Source of the DNA: an uncultured Gemmatimonadaceae bacterium
GTDB taxonomy: Bacteria > Gemmatimonadota > Gemmatimonadetes > Gemmatimonadales > Gemmatimonadaceae
Length of the DNA: 64,000 bases
Assembly (NCBI GenBank): GCA_963761305.1
Contig: CAVXGK010000002.1
Span: forward strand, 1,760,001-1,824,000
Direction: 5' to 3'
Part shown: one piece after another, positions 61,707 through 64,000 of the stretch
How positions within the stretch are numbered: the stretch's first letter is position 1
Layout of the letters: every line of letters starts with the position of its first letter
Made by a program: the position numbers and the translations under genes
The notes under the pieces: generated by a model
Databases searched by the model: none
Told to the model about the DNA's origin: nothing
What the model saw: only the letters and a program-made list of their open reading frames with translations

Positions 61707-63998
61707 CTACCAGAGATCCCCCACCGTGACGGTCCAGCGCCGCGCGATCGATCCGCGTCCGCCCAGACCCGTGCCGCCGGCCAGGCCCCCGTGGTTCACG
61801 AACACCGGCGCGTCGAGCCGCACGTAGACGTCGCGGTCGTACAGCCGCCCCCGAGTCACGAGACCGGCGCCCGCGTCGGAGAGCGACGCATTCGTCAGCG
61901 CCGTGTACGTCGAGGTCGCGTGCCCCGCGTCGGCGAACAGGCTCAGCGAGACGGACCCGTGCCCCCATGATCCTTTCGCCTCGCCAAGGCGCTGCACGAA
62001 CTCGCCGTTCAACGCCGCCACGGCGTCCAGCGCGACGTCGGTGCGGAATCCGCGCAGCGCCGCGCCGCCGAGCGGCAGATAGTTGATGCCGGGCTGCTTG
62101 AACAACGCGCCCCGCCCTCGGAACAGGTCGTTGTTGAACGTGTCGAACGGGTCGTCGCTCGACGCGAAGATCGACCGCTGCCTCGGCGCGTTGTGGGCGA
62201 CGCCGCCGTAGGCTCGGATGCGCATCTGGGTTCCCGATCCATTGATCGACCACACGCCGCCGATCGATCCGTCCGCACGCAGATAGCCGCGCGTGTGCTC
62301 CTGGCGCGTCGCGAACACGCTCGTCGCGAGTCCCGACGCCAACGAGCCGCGCGCGATCACATAATCGCTGTCGGCGGCGATCGCCGTGCGATACGAGCCC
62401 GACCCGCCGACCTCGACCACCGTCGTCGGCGACCATTGCTCCGGCAGCAGCAACGAATCGCTCGGCACCGCGACCGTGGCATAGACGCGCGCCTTGATCG
62501 CCGGCCCCGGCGTGAGGATGAATGGACTCAAATCCCAGTTCTTGTACGCGTCGGCCTTGAACAGGCCGTCCATGTAGTTCACGTCCGCGCCGTAGCCCAT
62601 CAGCGGCCGGTCGAACCCCGGTACGTACGGATTCTCGAGCCGCGCCCACACGTTCGCCCGCGCGAGCACGCTGGACGTCTTTCCCGTGAACGGATCGCGC
62701 GGGTTGCGCGACGTGAACGCGAAACCGCCGTCGTGCAGGTCGACTGTCTCGAGATAGTTCGTCTTGGCGCGCACGCCGAGCACGATGCCCTGCGGATTGC
62801 TGTACCATCCCGTGGGCGAGAGCTCGACGAGCGTCTGTGCCCGGTCCGTTTGGTCCAAGTACGGCCAATTGAACGTGAATCGCGGATCCGGGAGCGTGAT
62901 GAGCATGTCCTCCGGCGCGTCGTTGCGACGATCCCAATCCCACGTCGTCTGGAACGGGTCGAGGCGCACTTCCAACGGCCGCTCCGCCGTCGCCACCGTC
63001 ACGACTTGCGGGTCGTCGGCGGTCGCGCTGGCGCGGCCCACCGTCCAGCCGCTGGCCGTGCGAACTCCCACCGGCATCGGATGCCGCAGCTCGCCACGGC
63101 GCACCACGCTCACCGCCGTCCGCCAGCCGGTCGCGTCTTGCGTCACGCCGTACGACTCCACGGCGTAGTCCATCAGCCCGGTGTCGTGGATCCACTCGTC
63201 GAAGAACCAGCCGAGGTCGCGCCCCGAGGTCAGCTCGGCCGCCGTGCGCATCGCGCGCTCGTCGACGTGCTTGAGCGCCCAGTCGTCGTAGTAGCGGCGG
63301 AGAAACGCGCGGAAGGTCGAGTCGCCAAGCACGTCGCGCAGCTGGCCGTACATGACCTTGGCGCGCGTGTAGATCATCTCATTGTAGATCCCAAATTCCG
63401 AGAAGTCGCCGGCGTTCGTGCCGACCGGCTGCGCGCGCCCGAGAATGTCCAGCTTCCACGACGCGAGGCCCGCACTGTCCTTCGGCGCGATCGTCGCCGC
63501 CTGAATCCGATACCCCCGCGGGATGAGCGCCGGTACTTGCGGCCTGCCGACCAGCTCCTGCGGCGTCTTGCCGAGCGCCCAATCCGTCTGATAGCTGGTG
63601 AGGCCCTCGTCCATCCATCCCGAGCGCCACTCGTTGTTGCCCAGAACGCCGTATGTATAGATGTGGCCGGCCTCGTGCAGGATGAGACCCTGCCCCGCGT
63701 CACCGTCCATGATCATCATCGGGAACTCGGTCCCGCCGCCGTCCAATCGGTGGACGTTCGTGATCTGCGGATACGCGTACGGTCCGTAGATCGACTCGAG
63801 CCACTCCAGCGCGAAGATCGTTCGGTCGACCGCGCGCCGGTCGCCCCACGTCGTGTCGTCGCCCGGCTTGTACAGCACGTTCACCGACACCGTGTCCCAC
63901 GTCGGGAAGTGCGCATGGGCCGGCGTCGAGCGAACGAACACGCCGCCTTCATACAGGTAGTCCGGCGACGCGCTCCACGCGAAATGGTGGACGTCGTT
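61707..63998 (-). CDS. M1 family aminopeptidase with long C-terminal extension (partial, 5' end outside window)
   Basis: Frame is open to the window edge (NDVHHFAW). GGTEFP, HEAGH-x18-E (WMDEG), Y..AK.MY. Confidence 0.88.
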   Translation of the reverse strand, partial: NDVHHFAWSASPDYLYEGGVFVRSTPAHAHFPTWDTVSVNVLYKPGDDTTWGDRRAVDRTIFALEWLESIYGPYAYPQITNVHRLDGGGTEFPMMIMDGDAGQGLILHEAGHIYTYGVLGNNEWRSGWMDEGLTSYQTDWALGKTPQELVGRPQVPALIPRGYRIQAATIAPKDSAGLASWKLDILGRAQPVGTNAGDFSEFGIYNEMIYTRAKVMYGQLRDVLGDSTFRAFLRRYYDDWALKHVDERAMRTAAELTSGRDLGWFFDEWIHDTGLMDYAVESYGVTQDATGWRTAVSVVRRGELRHPMPVGVRTASGWTVGRASATADDPQVVTVATAERPLEVRLDPFQTTWDWDRRNDAPEDMLITLPDPRFTFNWPYLDQTDRAQTLVELSPTGWYSNPQGIVLGVRAKTNYLETVDLHDGGFAFTSRNPRDPFTGKTSSVLARANVWARLENPYVPGFDRPLMGYGADVNYMDGLFKADAYKNWDLSPFILTPGPAIKARVYATVAVPSDSLLLPEQWSPTTVVEVGGSGSYRTAIAADSDYVIARGSLASGLATSVFATRQEHTRGYLRADGSIGGVWSINGSGTQMRIRAYGGVAHNAPRQRSIFASSDDPFDTFNNDLFRGRGALFKQPGINYLPLGGAALRGFRTDVALDAVAALNGEFVQRLGEAKGSWGHGSVSLSLFADAGHATSTYTALTNASLSDAGAGLVTRGRLYDRDVYVRLDAPVFVNHGGLAGGTGLGGRGSIARRWTVTVGDLW

Positions 63999-64000
63999 GG

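Overview
This 64 kb, very GC-rich window looks like core chromosome. Gene content and order suggest a Gemmatimonadota-like diderm bacterium, which is an inference and not a database result. About 60 densely packed CDSs are supportable. They include LPS-core enzymes, glmS/glmM, purD, guaB, mutM with a short UvrC-like nuclease, and late futalosine-route menaquinone genes. There is also an ECF sigma/ZAS anti-sigma operon, tandem M15 peptidases, gpmI, queD/mobA/moeA, an acyl-CoA dehydrogenase-ETF-FeS oxidoreductase operon, icd, cstA, an ABC exporter and a partial M1 aminopeptidase. I found no rRNA, tRNA, CRISPR array, integrase or transposase. The least explained signals are five. (1) A degenerate 21-bp-period array of about 560 bp lies between convergent genes at 57.2-57.7 kb. 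(2) A leader with a promoter, uORF and internal terminator precedes an amino-acid permease. (3) Many genes have a -10 box only 5-7 nt before the start codon, suggesting leaderless mRNAs. (4) An 8-bp tandem repeat sits inside a SprT-like gene. (5) A family-16 methyltransferase abuts the ETF operon. All product calls come from motif recognition only, and several start codons are best estimates.
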